Notes: a model not told the origin generated them from the sequence alone. DNA of 64,000 nucleotides from Octopus sinensis (GCF_006345805.1 NW_021832852.1:30952-94951), one strand, 5' to 3'. Counted from the stretch's first letter, positions 12,163 to 26,069 are shown. Made by a program: numbers and translations.

Positions 12163-14706
12163 TTACTCTATAAATTATTATGAAAATAATAAGACCAACA
12201 AAATCTCCACACTCAAACTTTGTTTGCGAAACAATGACCATTTGTTCTCTTGAATAGTCGAAATAACGCGTTTATACGCCGCCCTGACGACGCGTATTTT
12301 ATTTTTCAACAAAATATGTCTTTAAACATTCAACCGTAAAATTAAAGCTCATCCCCTTTTTTAAAATATCTCAACATCAAATATTCGGGGAATTTTTAAT
12401 GTTTTTCTACACGTAAAATAATTTTTTGGGTTAAATTGGTTTTAAGTGCGGTATTGAAATATGCACTTGTGGGAACAAAAGGGAGCCATAAATATTGGAT
12501 TTTAGGCAATAAATCACAGCTGAATAGAAAAACTCTTTGTTATTGAGGTTTTATTAATGGGATGACGGAAAGTGGAAACAATAGGCTGACCCAATTCAAA
12601 ATCTGAATTACTTTCGTATCCAAGGCATTAAAGAATTGAAGTAAATATGCCAACAATGCAAGTATTAAGCCACAAATCGACATTCGCTTATTGACGATTA
12701 AAGATGGTAGATGATAGGAAACGCTATATAATTATTAGAAATATTGAACAAGGAATAGACTGAAGACAATATCATTTATCAATTGCTGGAACATCAATCA
12801 AACCGCTTTGATTTGTGCACGTGCAAATACCCATTTTATATCCTAAAAAATATTTATTTTACCAAAAATACATTCATTTTTGATTATATAAAAATTGAGT
12901 CAATCATATTATATCACAATAATATTAACTCATATGGTCTTAATTAAAACTTTTAATTCTTTCTTCAATAAGTAGATGTATTATATCTTTCTTTAAAAAT
13001 GATTGGTCTTCCTCACTTTGAATTAAACTATTACTTTATAGTAACTGGCAATGGAGTGTATTTTGTCGGGGAATTGTTTTTTATAGTTGAAACACAATGG
13101 ACTTCCAATTAAAATTGGCCAATTGTAAAAATATAATAAGGTAATTCATTTATTTCTCAATAGACGTGAATATTGCTGTCATAAAATCATTTTATGAAAA
13201 ACAATAATTACAAGAATAAGAGAATATTGGTTTTTCTATTATTTTACGTACATTAATTACGAAATTTTCTTTTTGATTTCCCAAAAATAATTTGAGTCTC
13301 ACTTTCAATATTTAAAATCATAAATTATATTTTTTCAGTTATTTTGCCTTTTTCAAACTAGTTTCAATTATCAGGATTATTTTCTAGATTATAAAATTTA
13401 TGTCAATATCCAAAGCTTTCATCAATCATAATCCGATTTATAAAAGTCGTCAACATAAACCAATAATGAATGAAAATGTAGAAAAACAAATTCCATTTAA
13501 TAATTGTGGATTCTTATGTCATTATGACGATCAAGATTTTCTACCAAAGCCATCATATTGCACGTGGCATCTCTTTTGGAAGCCGATCTTATTTCTGATG
13601 TCATTTATAAAGTCAGAAGTTAGTAGTTGTCAAGTCCTGTTTTTGCCTTTACAGCAGATTACTTCTGAGTTTCCAATGGCAGGATAAATGACAAATGAGA
13701 AAACATGTCCGTGCACGTTGAATTTAACTTTTTACTGAAATTTTGATTGTCGTTCGCATTTTCTTATTTTTAGGATAAAGAATTTGAAATTGACACGAAA
13801 GAGTTAAAATATAAAAACCAACCTCATTGTTGTAAAATTTAAGAATCCCATACTTTCCTGAAACATTTGTTTATTTAAAAATATCCCAAAAGATATGACT
13901 GATTTTACCATTGGTGTATACTGTTTGCGGTATCTAAAATACATTGTTTGTGGTATCTAAAAATAGAAGTGATTGATCGCTGCATTTTTAGGGTTAGGGT
14001 CTCCTCGGTGTATCGGGAAAAGTTCTTTTAAAATACCCTGAAAAGATGTGGGATACATCCATATTTATGGTAAGGAATTTGTTACAAAATAAAAAAAGTT
14101 ATCCAAATGTACAATTTGGTTAGCTGGCTTTTTCAGAAAATATCGGTCACTGTGCTTTGCGGAAACTGCTACTCAATACGGCGGCACTAAGCTGACTTTT
14201 AGGCTCAGATGTATTAACAACACAAAAATATAAGACCACCGGTGACATTAATTAGGGAAATGAATTATTCGATTGACTAAATTTTATTTATCAGCATATA
14301 ACATGATCTAAAATTTCCGTTTCTAACTATCAGTGTCATATAGATGATCACATCTTCTAACAGTAAAATGAGGTGTTCGGATAGGACAGTAAAATGAGCA
14401 AAGTTGTTGAGTTCAAAAATCAAAAAAAAGACACTCCGAAGCAGTAGCAAAAGCTTTTTGTTTGAATTTCAATTGGTCATAAAAATATAAATGTCTTTTT
14501 AGAAGTATCTCACAGAACATAACATCCAACGTGATTTCCAACGTTTTATTTCTTATTTCCTTTTTCTTTTTATAGGCTAGTCCTTATGGTGGAAACCTTA
14601 AATGTCTATTTATTTAAAAAATGAAATTCTTTGATGTTAGAATATTAAACTAAATTATTTTTTGAATAATTAAATTTTTTAATTAATTTTATTATTCTAT
14701 TTTGTG

Positions 14707-17088
14707 ATGGGGATCCTGTATCACCAAAAAATAGAAAGGCAAAAGACATTTCTGCTGACACTAATTCTGATCTCAATATGTGTCTTATCGTTCATAACAA
14801 GACTCCACTCCGTCATAAAATTCGAAAGCATAATCCACGAATTCGACCCCTGGTTTAACTATCGTGCCACAAAAATGATGGTCGAGAACTCATTTTATGA
14901 CTTTATAAACTGGTTTGACGAGTCAGCCTGGTATCCCCTGGGAAGAGACGTCGGCGGAACAGTTTACCCAGGCATAATGAGCACATCCGGCCTCCTCCAT
15001 TGGGCACTCCACTCCCTCAGCCTCCCAGTCCATATCCGTGAAGTCTGTGTATTCCTTCCTGCCTTCTACAGTGGTCTAATGGCCATCACAGCCTATTTAT
15101 TTGCCTCAGAAGTGTGGAATAAATCAGCCGGGTTGATCTCCGCCTTCATAATGAGCATAAGTAGTCCCCTTCCACTCATTTCCAGTCCCCGGATATGTTT
15201 CCCGATCAGTTGCAGGGAGTTATGACTATGAATGTATTTCAATATTTATAATCATGTTTACTCTGTATCTGTGGGCCAGGACTGTCAAGTCTGGGAGTCT
15301 CCTTTGGGCAGTTTTTACTGCTTTTTTCTACTTATATGCAGTTGGTGGAGGTTTATTGACTTGTAGGTGGCTTCCTGGGGAGGATATATTTATGTAATCA
15401 ACGTCATCCCTCTCCATGTATTCATACTTGTTATATCTGGTCGATATACTAGTAAATTGTTTTGTGGTTTGGTTTATACATGTTTTATTATCAGCTTATA
15501 CTACTTTTTATATTCTTGGCCTACTTATGTCTATGCAGATACCTTTTGTGGGATTCCTTCCGCTCACAACCAGCGAACATATGTCTTCTCTCAGTAATAT
15601 TCGTATAATATGTCAGTGGTGTTTCTACTGCTCTGTTTGGTCGGACTTTTTAAGCATTTGGGGTCACTAAGTGACTCTCGTTGGGCAGCCAAGGTGGTTT
15701 TGTTGTGTTTGGGTGTGTTTGGCCTCGTTAGTGTGTTGATGGTGGGCGTCCTTACTTATTTGGGTAGTCTTTTTGGGGGTTATTAGTGAAGGGGTTATTT
15801 CCCCTTGGACTGGCCGTCTTTATTCGTTGTTTGACACTTCCTATGCGGCCATCAACATTCCAATCATTTCTTCTGTCGCTGAACATCAGATTTCTATTTG
15901 GACGAGATATTTTATTGACTTGCATTTTATTCCGACTGTTTTTCCGATTGGAATTTGGCTGGCTTTTTCTCGTTTGAGTGATCAAATGATTCTGGTTCTC
16001 ACTCTGGCTGTCACTTCTGCTTATTTTTCTGGGATGATGGTCAGACTGGTGATTATTCTGACCCCAATTTCCGCGATTGTGTCATCCTTTGCCTTGGAGT
16101 CCGTTTTCCGTAGAATTTCTCGATCCCACCGAACTGAGAAAAATTCATTTTTTTCATTCTCGATGGCCACAACTTCACTTTTTGCCGCGATTGCGTTATT
16201 TGTTGTGCACAGCACGTGGATTACTGCCGTGATGTATTCGGGGACTTCGATCGTGCTGGAAGGAAGCGGACAGGACGGGTACTGGTCAGTCAACTATTGG
16301 CAGAGCCCACCACATTATCGACGACTACAGAGAGGCCTACTACTGGCTGGGAAGGAACACCCCAAAGGACTCCAAGATCATGTCCTGGTGGGATTACGGA
16401 TACCAAATAACGGGGTTTTCTAACAGAACCACCATAGTGGATAATAATACGTGGAATAATACTCATATTGCCACTGTACTGTTCCCTAATCAAATTAGGT
16501 GGGCAAAGCTATGGCCTCCAATGAGTCACGGGCTGCGGAAATTGCTCGGGAATTGGACGTGGATTATGTTCTGGTGGTGTTTGGGGGATATTTGGGGTAT
16601 GACTCGGACGATATCGCCAAGTTTCTGTGGATGGTCCGAATATCCGAAGGGGAGTACCCTAACGAGATCCACGTGCCCAATTGCCCGATATTTTAGGAAA
16701 ATGAGTATTTTGACTCGGAGGGGAACTATAACATTGGAAAGGGCGTTTCTGAGAGGATGAAGTCTTCTTTGATGTTCCGACTTTGTTACTACCGTTTTCA
16801 TAACAAGCTGGTAGTATTATACATATATTAAAGACAAATGGATATGACAAGTCGAGGAGACAGATGGTTGGGCATGTAGTCAATGAGTTGACTCACATGG
16901 AGGAGGCATTTACGAGCGAGAATTGGATTGTGAGGATATATAAAGTTAAGGATCTGCCTTCTCGTGCCAGACTTACATATAAGCCGACATTTCCAATAAG
17001 TCTACCAATGTCTAGAAAAGTAGATTTGTGTGGTTGTAATGTGTAGAATTCGAGGACCACTAAGGGGTCCATTTATGGGAGGGGGTGA
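14707..17088 (+). CDS. STT3: Oligosaccharyltransferase catalytic subunit STT3 (STT3B-like), about 10 introns of 23-31 nt
   Basis: [37 protein letters not shown] and [15 protein letters not shown]. All introns were traced as GT-AG. Confidence 0.97.
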
Positions 17089-17280
17089 TTGTCTGGTTTT
17101 TTGACTTTATTTTGGGTTTAAACTAAAGTTTATTGGGATAGTTTTATTGTTATGTTTGTGCTGGTGTTGGGGGTTTTGTAGTTGCTGATTTTTGAATTAG
17201 GTGGTCTGATTAGACACAAAATATATTTAAAATTGTAGTATCTTGCTGGGAGATTTCCTAACTGAATTTAGAAAATATAT

Positions 17281-18616
17281 TGTCACCGTCCAGATAGGTC
17301 GGGGCGCCAGATCGGTTATGTATAAAATTTTTAATAAAAACTACCTTTCGGAAGTTATTTTCTTTTTCTGTTCATTCTTTTGTTGATTTTAATATTATTT
17401 TTGCCAAAATATTGGAGTTACTGAGTTCATAAAAAACCAACATCAGTCATTTCCGGATAATTACCGTATTGACATTGCATTTTATTTAAAAACGCTTTAA
17501 CCAAGGTTAGCCAACAATTCTCAACAATAAAGTTTATTAGAAAAATCCATTTTTAATTTTTAAAAATGTTGTAAATTTCTATTTTTATCATTAAAACTCT
17601 AAAATACAATCCGGCCTACGGCCGGATGATTCAATGTGAATATTTTTCCCTATGCGGCCTTCGGCCACGTCGAATTTGTAACAATGGCACAATTATTTCA
17701 CAATTAAGTAAATATGACACGAGAAAAAACACAGAACGAACCCCATGAATATTTGGAGTTAAATTTTTTTACTCTGCTAATATGTATCCTTTGGTCTTTG
17801 TCATCCTCTTCATTAATTATCGTTACGAGTTCTCGATCCCTATTTTTCACAATATATTTTTGTGCAGATATCTCGTCGTATAATGGGTATTTTCTATAAC
17901 CCGGGTTTGCATCCCCATCATGGCGTATTAAAATTTCATCGCCACTTTCAACTTCGTCATATTTCCATTTTCTCCGCCTTTCATTTTTTCTCCCGATTTT
18001 ACAATATTTTCAAGGGCTTTGTTCCTTTTTCACGACCTCAGAATTGTTAGTTTTTTATTTGGTTTCTCCAAATCAGTTCCGAACAAGAGGTCAAAAGGCC
18101 TTTGTTTTGTTGTTTCGTGGACGGATTTATTGTAGTCTCTTGCTATTTTCTTCACGCATGTTTTATAGCATTCAAAATTTCCATTTGATGCACTCGTGGA
18201 GCCTAATTTAAATAAACAAATACACTCCTTCAATGAATTTTAACTTAAGTTCAGTGTCTTCGATACAAAAAAACGCAACTTTGAGCCATTTTTAGAAATG
18301 TAGGTGTTGTTCTCCTTGAAACTAAATTTTTTGGCATATCTCCGTATTCGTGCCCTTTCTTCCGAACTCAAGGAATCATCAAGGTGGCCTGATTCCAAAT
18401 ACTCCCTAATTTTTCGAGGGTGTCTCGAGTTAATTCAACTAAAACCATTGATTAATGCTAATCTTTTCAACTTTTTAGAACTTTTTTATTAATAAGATTT
18501 ATTTTTTTATTATCAATATTTTTTTGCAATGAAATGTTTTGTAGGAAAAATATTTGTTTTGTATTTAGATAATTGACCTAACCGATATGGCGCCTCGGCC
18601 GGTCTGGACGGTGACA
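17281..18616 (-). mobile_element. Ginger-like DNA transposon with an internally deleted integrase
   Basis: About 40-bp imperfect TIRs starting TGTCACCGTCCAGA, with TG...CA ends and a 5-bp TSD TATAT (17276-17280 and 18617-18621). Minus-strand integrase remnants: IREYLESG..RARIRRYAKKF, YNKSVHETTKQRPFDLLFG and GDEILIRHD..HISRVKKF. Confidence 0.8.
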
Positions 18617-19299
18617 TATATTAATTAGAACTGTAATCTATTTTAGACTAAATTATCCAGGAATAGTTCTCATTTAGAAAATAATAACGACGTAAATCAG
18701 CAAAATCTACAAAGCATCTATATTTTCAGTTCAAGTTTGACAATTTTTATGTCAATTTTGATAATGCGATATTCATTTTGACATTTTTTAGATTAATTTT
18801 GACAAATATTTTTATAAAGGACACACATAAGGACTTTTTCTAATCGGCTAAATCAAGATGAGAGTTAATAAGAAAATTTTATTAATCAGGTTAATGGAAT
18901 CCTAATCATACAATTTGCGATGATTTTTTCTGCATTTCTGTAAAAATTTCAAAATGACGTTAAAATTCACTCCTTTTCTTGCCTTACTGGAACCATCACA
19001 CGTGATTCTATATAGGATCGGTAGAATTTTTTTAATGTAAAGAGATTGAAATTTGTTTGGTACAAATGTATTTTTCTATTTGTATTACGTTGATAATTCA
19101 ACAAAAATTTTTTTCTATATTCCGGAGAATTCCTGGAAATTGGTTCTCTTCGCAACCTCTTGTAGTAATTAATCGCCCATCAAGTCGGTTATATAGTTGA
19201 TCTGTAGGAAGCATGTAACTAGCGTCTTTAACAATCGATTGCATAAAATTCGTAGCGGATTTATTATGTCCATTCACTTGGATATATCTTTCCTTGAGA

Positions 19300-19760
19300 A
19301 CCAAATTTGCAGAGGAGCATCAAGAAATTATTATTTCCTACCTTAATAAAGTTCTCTCAAAAATGCACGTCTATTTTTCTTGAATAAAATTGTCTATCTC
19401 TCCGCCTTCATTGTGTACTTTCATCTTTCTTCCACTTTTAATACCATAGATTCGACACAAATTTAGATGGATACACCTTACAACTTTTACGGGCCTGTGT
19501 TATAAATAGAGCGGACTAGGTACCAAAGTTAAAATTTAATAATAGTTAGTAAATACTGTTATCATCCAGAAACTGGAAATTTGATTGGGTAACCTTTCGA
19601 CCTGAGATTACGAAAAATCTTGTAAACTTGGGCATTCAATTCGTGTCCAATTGTCGCTTTGGATGTTGAGAAGCCTTGAGCTAGGATTCCTTTCCTTGCT
19701 GGCAGGTATAGCATTCCTTTAGAGATGTTAAATCTTTCACAAATCATTTTATCCTTATAT
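19300..19760 (-). mobile_element. Pogo/Tigger-like CENP-B HTH remnant
   Basis: ELNAQVYKIFRNLRSKGYPI and CRIYGIK...NEGGEID resemble the HTH_Tnp_Tc5 region. No TIR found. Confidence 0.4.
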
Positions 19761-20036
19761 ATCCTTGCTTAGTTTTCTAGGCATTGGCTTTATAAAATTT
19801 ATAAAATAATTTTAAAAATTGATAATTTCAATTTTTTAACAGGTTAATTAGTTAACTAACTAAATTATCAGGTTAAATAAATTTTAAAATTATTGATTAC
19901 AATTTGGAAAAACAGGCGAAAATATTTCTCCAAAAGCAAAGTTTTCCCCAAAAAGAAGGTTTCCCTGCTATTTGGTTTTCCCCAATTCGAGGACGCATTG
20001 TAATAATATATTTTTCCTCTAAAATTTTTGTTTGGC

Positions 20037-20225
20037 ATGCCTAAGTTAGCAAAATCGTATCAAATAAAAGCTAAGGCTGTTGTAAAAGATTATCCTAAAG
20101 AATTAATGATTCTTGAGAATGGTACGCTATATTGTCGACTCTTTTGTGTAAGATAGAATGCGGGAAAAGACATTTTGTAAATTTTCATCGAGCCTCGCGA
20201 AAACATATAAATTTATTGAGCTAAG
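20037..20225 (+). pseudogene. Decayed CGGBP1/hAT-like transposase N-terminal zinc finger
   Basis: MPKLAKS...ENGTLYCRL.C..(E)CGKRHFVNFHRASRKH after frame correction. Confidence 0.45.
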
Positions 20226-21258
20226 CGAAATAATAATTTTTTGTAGATAATCTGACCGAATTCCATAAAAAACCATTTTTAACTGAGACTGTTAGAAATT
20301 TTTTTACTACATATTTATTTAATACGATAACAATGCTTAAAAAAATAAAAACAGAAAATATTTAGGTCAGTTTTATCAAAGACGACTAGAATATTACAAC
20401 CTAGTCGATGTAAATATACAAATTTTCTGTAATTTCATCAATTCGTTAAAATAAACTTAATTTAAATGTAACAAGGTTGAAGTATTGCTGTCGTATTTTC
20501 AGAAAGATATTTAAACGATTTATATTGAATAATTCTCAGTTTTATGGCACCCAGCATTATCCAAAATTACAAAATTTCTTCTTCGATATATTATCCCGTG
20601 TTGAAAATTTTATTTGTCATTCACGAATTTTTTGAATGAATACATAGGATCCCTATCCAACATATCAAAATCTCTCAGCAACGATGAAATCTGAATTTTT
20701 AATAACCAAAAGTTACATTTTTCAAAATTAAATTTAGACATTAAAGAACTCTGGCTCTTTCTTTATTGTGTTCAATTCCATCGTTTAATTTATAATGTTA
20801 ACTAAACTTTTTAATTTTTTTGGTCTTGTAAGTGAACTGACTATTGCTAATTTATAAACAAAAAATCAATTATAATCAAATAACGAATAAATTTACCCTA
20901 CAAATATAAACACATCAAATTAATGTACAGAAATTTCAAAAATGTTATCTCTACGGACTATCCTCCATCCTGAATAGCTTAAAATATACGTTCACGACTT
21001 TAGTTCAAAAATGCCTTTTATTTCTGACAATAACTCGTCTCAAACGCGATTAATTTAGCATTGTTCAAGGTCGACTTTAATTCCTTTCAAGAGGCATTTT
21101 AAAAAAGGTATTGAAGCACACAACATCCCAGATGAAAAGTCTGCCTCCATGGAAAGATATAGCCATTTAGAAATTATTTTTTTAATTCAATAAATATAGC
21201 GTCACTATAAATAACACATCAACTTTAATAACTGCTATGAAACTTATTGGATACTCCT

Positions 21259-24200
21259 AGTGTTGTTGTGGTGCTGTTCATGTCCGTTTTTCTCGATAAG
21301 AAGAAAATGAATCCCATGGGCCCTCCTGCAGAAGTAAATTATAAAAAAGATATGGTGGATGCAGGAACGATGTCTCTGGGGCTGGATAATGCCACAAGAG
21401 CTTATATAAACAATAACCCTACGTTTGGAAGTCGTGTTGCCAATACTAACTTTCACACTCTTTCTGCCATTATTGAGGATGTCGATTGTGTCTCTAAGAA
21501 TGAATGGGTGTCACAGGCTGTTCATGCCACCAGACAAAGACTGGGGAGAATACCCAGAGGTGGCTGGAGTTTTATCCTTGAAAAGTTCAACGTGAAATTT
21601 TCTGAGAGTACGAGTCTAACCAGATTGAAAAATATGGCCAATCTCAAACCAGTAGTTGGTAACAATAATGAAGCTGGTGGATCTAATAGCAAACAATTCC
21701 CAACAAGGGAACAAGTGGAAATCTCCAATTTCAGAAATTGCCTGGAAGAGATTAATTTCCAAATTAAGGAAGTTAAATCGATACCGAGAGAGGCTCGTAA
21801 GCCTACATGGAAAATTCCAAGAAAATATGTCAAAGCTGATATTTTAATGGGATTAAACTCTGCAATATATCATATTACAAAGGACGATCCACCTCGAGAT
21901 ATCAATGCAATTTGTGATATTTTATATGCTGCCCAGTGTGCCTACTCAGTCTTAACTAAGAAAGTTAAGCCACAGACCACATGGTTGGGAAATACCGAGG
22001 CGAAGATCTCAAAATTATCCGCAGAACTAGAACTTGTAAATTGTTACGTAAGACAGGCTCTGCCACAGTGTGAAAAACAAAATGTGATGGATATTCTATG
22101 TCGTTATGGATATAAAAAGAAGAAAAAAGGAGAGCTTTCGAGAATCGAATCCTTACTACATGACCTAATCAGAGTTAAGAAAAAACAAATTGCTGTATAT
22201 AACTCGAGGAAGGACTTCCGTAAGGACAATGTTTGCTTCGAACTAAACAGAAGAAGATTTTACAGAAACTTATCAAAGAGTAATGAAGTCACAACATACT
22301 CTTTTGACGATGAGGAGTGCATGTCGTTCTGGGAAAAAGTATGGAGCAAAAGGCGCGAAATATCCGTGTCACTGGACAATGTTAGTAAAAGAATAACCGG
22401 CAGTGAAGACATGTTGCCAGATTTAACAAATAATTACATAATGGAGATCATTAAATATCTTCCTGACTGGAAGGCACCGGGATGTGACGGAATATATAAT
22501 TTCTTCATTAAAAGACTAGAATCTCTGCATGAATTTTTATGTGTTGAAATCAAGAAAATAATCAACGGTGATTACATGCCAGAAAACTGGTTTTATACTG
22601 GAATTACATATCTAATTCCTAAAAAGAACGATTGTGAGACCCCGAAAGATTTACGGCCTATAACATGCATGTCGACACTTTATAAGTTAGTTACCAAGTG
22701 TGTTAATGGAAAACTGTCTGAGTTCATGGATGTATTTGGCTTAATTTCCGACAATCAACTTGGTACGAGGAGACAGTGTCAGGGTGCTAAAGAACAGGCC
22801 CTTATTAACCAATGCCTAAATAAAGAGTATGGAAATGGGCTATACTCTGCATGGATTGATGTCAAGAAGGCTTTCGATTCTGTTGACCACGACTTTCTAT
22901 TTCATGTGTTGGAGTGCTCTGGGATACCTGTATGGATTGTTAACTTTGTGAAAAGGACTGTACGAATGTGGACTGTAAAGCTCCATGTTGACGGAAGGAG
23001 AATTGGTTCTGTAAAGTTGAGCCGAGGGATTTTACAAGGAGACTCGTTATCTCCGCAACTGTTTGTTATGGTGATGGACCCACTAAGCAGGATTCTTAAT
23101 GCCATGTTTCCAAAGGTTCAGATTAATCAACAGGACCCAAATATGTTGACCTATTCTACTAATCATTTGTTCTTCATTGACGACCTAAAGATATTCGCTC
23201 TTAAAGAAGATGTAGTAATTAAAATGATGGAAGCTGTTGATGGATTCTTTAAAACTGTTGGCTTGGAGATGAATTCAGAAAAGTCTGCATCAAATGTCAA
23301 ATCTTTATCTTGTTGTGAGACTTTGGAAGGAGTCAAAGGATATCGCTACTTGGGTGTACTTGAAGATGCAGGAAGTAATGTTCTTAAGAGTAAAGTAATG
23401 GATTCTATCCTTGGAAATGTAAAGGAAAGGATAACCATGCTTTCAAAGACGAAATTAAATGCGGTAAATTTATTCCACGCTATAAATGAACATGCCATTT
23501 CTCTATATAATTATTACATTGGACTCATTAATATTGAACCTCATGAATTTGATTGTATTGACCGTCAAATACGACAACTTCTTACGACTCTCAGACTCCA
23601 TCTCAAACCTGCAAATAAAGAGAGGTTATATTTAAATCGGAAATCTCTTGGGAGAGGACTTGCTTCAGTCTCTTTCAGAAGTGAACTGATACTTTTCCAG
23701 TTCATGAAAAGTTTAGAAAGACAGTCGACAGTATGCTTACGGAGATCGGGAATCCTGCGTGTGATACAAATAAATAAATGGCATATGGCCACAATTGCAG
23801 GATTTCTCGCCTCCAAGTATGCAATTCTCGACATGGAGAATTTGGGTGTTGAATTTATCAAAGATGCTCAAAGAAAATATTTGCTTAAGAACATCAATTG
23901 TAAAATGCTACATTCGGTTCTATTCAAATGCATGGACGAACAAAATGTTGATCTAGCCACATCCTCAGAGTGGTTATCTAAAGGAAATAATGGTCCACGG
24001 AGTGAAGCATTGTACTGTCTCTTGCAGGATAGGAATTTGTTCTTCACATCCATGGGATCTTTATGCAGTCACTGCAAAAAATGCAAGAAAACAGTTGATC
24101 ATTTGGCTACGCAGTGTGGAAAGATGTTAAACAGTGATTATCTGCGGAGACACAATGAAGTTGTGAAGTGCATTCACCTTCATTTGTGTCGAACCTACGG

Positions 24201-24888
24201 TATTAAGAGAGGAAGCAAATTAAAGACTCATTCTGTTCAGTCCATATTATCGACGCAGAATGTTGAAATCAGAGTCGATATGTCAATCATGACGGAAACT
24301 AAAGTTCAATCCAACAAACCAGATATCTTCGTGTATGACAAAACCAAACAAGAGATAACCTTAATTGAAGTTGGCATCACGTCACAAGATCGCCTCAAAC
24401 AAGTAGAAATCGAGAAATTTCGTAAATATGATCTGCTCGCAAACGAACTTTCGATACTTTATGATGCAAAGGTAAAGATTATCCCGGTTGTCTTGACCTG
24501 GGACGGTGTTGTTTCGAGATATTTCAAAAACTATATGGACAAATTATCGATCGAAAAAGCCACAAGAACTTATATTCAATCTGTCGTTTTAAAAAGGACT
24601 CTAGAAAGCATGGTAGTTGAACACAGACATGGAGTGAGAGTATCTGCCGAAGAATACGCCTCTGCTGCTTACCAGCTTGCAGAAGTGGCATGCTGCCGTG
24701 ACACGCCGGTGAAAGATGTGAGACAAATAGAAAATCTATCTGACTGGGAGATGGAGAGTGAGAAGGAACTGGTTGCAAGCTCTTCTCCTAAAAGGAGGAG
24801 AAAGATTCCAATAAGCGGGACTGAGAATCTAAATTAAATAGTCTAGCTTAAGTTAAATTTTGTTTCTTTTAATAATAGACTAATATCA
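21259..24888 (+). mobile_element. Intact R4/Dong-clade (RLE) non-LTR retrotransposon, 3630 bp, single ORF
   Basis: 13-bp perfect TSD ATTGGATACTCCT at 21246-21258 and 24889-24901. The uninterrupted ORF runs to 24837. Confidence 0.92.
21281..24837 (+). CDS. RT, CCHC zinc knuckle and restriction-like endonuclease polyprotein of the R4-type element
   Basis: WKAPGCDG, LRPITCMSTLYK, DVKKAFDSV, GILQGDSLSP, FIDDL, CSHCKKCKKTVDHLATQC, RRHNEV and KPDIFVYD..LIEVG..K..KYD. The first Met inside the TSD-bounded element is taken as the start. Confidence 0.95.
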
Positions 24889-26069
24889 ATTGGATACTCC
24901 TTTCTTCCGTTGTTGCCAACACTCATTTTTGTAATTTACATAGAAGCTCGATTGCTGTTTCCAGCGAGAACTGTCAATTCATTCCATACACACGTGACAT
25001 ATAATATCTTGCCGTGTTTATCCACATGAGCGACAATAGACGCACTAATCTTATCCCAAACTCTGTAGTATGTTGGACATGTTTGAAAATTGGGCACTGG
25101 GAGCATATAAAAAAATCAATCGTATTAACACTCTAAAAACTGATCCAAAATTGATTCATTTATGAAAATGAATCCTTGAAATGTATTTGCAACTTTTGTT
25201 GAGAAGATTGTTGTGTTGAGAATTTTGTTGAATTTCCGGCATTTTCAATTCAGAGCAAACAGCCATTTTATTTTTGCTGCAAAAAATGTTTTTTAACAGT
25301 TTAACTTGATTGACACTAAATTTAATACTTGGTTTTTTAGGAAATAGGACGTAAAATAAAGACTTTAAAAAACTTGCAACTTTATCCTAAAATCGTTCAA
25401 ATTTCTTTAAACTGAAAGTCTCTTTATAAAAGTCTGAAGAAGAGATTGTGGAAAGATTTATTAATTGTCTAATGAATACAAATGTGAAGCTTACTGAGTC
25501 TTTCCGGTGGTTTATATGTGAAGAAATGCTACGTTTGTTCGAGATCGGAACTTATTTTTCGAAAAACCGAATTAAAGTGCACTCATTCCAACATTGTAAA
25601 AAACATTGATTATTTGGCTACAAAATGTGACCGAATGCTCATCAGTGATTATTTTTAGAATTCTACAAAAGACCGGTTTAATAAAAAAGATCCCAGAAAG
25701 TATTCGAGTTGAGTACAGCTGTGGGTGGATGACAAAGATGACTGTCAGCAGATTGAGGTCAATGATTTGTTCGACATTACAAGATTGAGGTCAATGATTT
25801 GATGAAGAATTCAAAGAACGACGCTTTAACGAATGACATGACGAGGACAATAAAAGGAGGTTAAAAAATGAACAGAAAGACTCTCAACTCTAAAAATCTT
25901 AGGATGAAGAAGTTTTTGCAGAAATAATAAGAATAGTTCACAAAAATGACGTAAAAGTTGAGAATTCCATCTTTTATTAATTTGATATGAATTAGTTATT
26001 TTTATTTAACTTTATCATAATTTTTATTACATTAAATTATAAGAATTAAATTTATACTGTTCTCATTTA

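Noticed and set aside
12200-14690. tRNA, rRNA, snRNA or SL RNA genes in long intergenic regions
   Set aside because: No cloverleaf, box A/B or Sm-site structure could be recognised anywhere in the window by eye.
2097-17088. Stop-codon reassignment explaining the broken ORFs
   Set aside because: In-frame stops fall inside short GT-AG introns, and long intronless ORFs (SoxB, the R4 element) read normally in the standard code.
18967-19304. Possible piggyBac-like transposase remnant
   Set aside because: There are no convincing catalytic motifs or TTAA-flanked TIRs.
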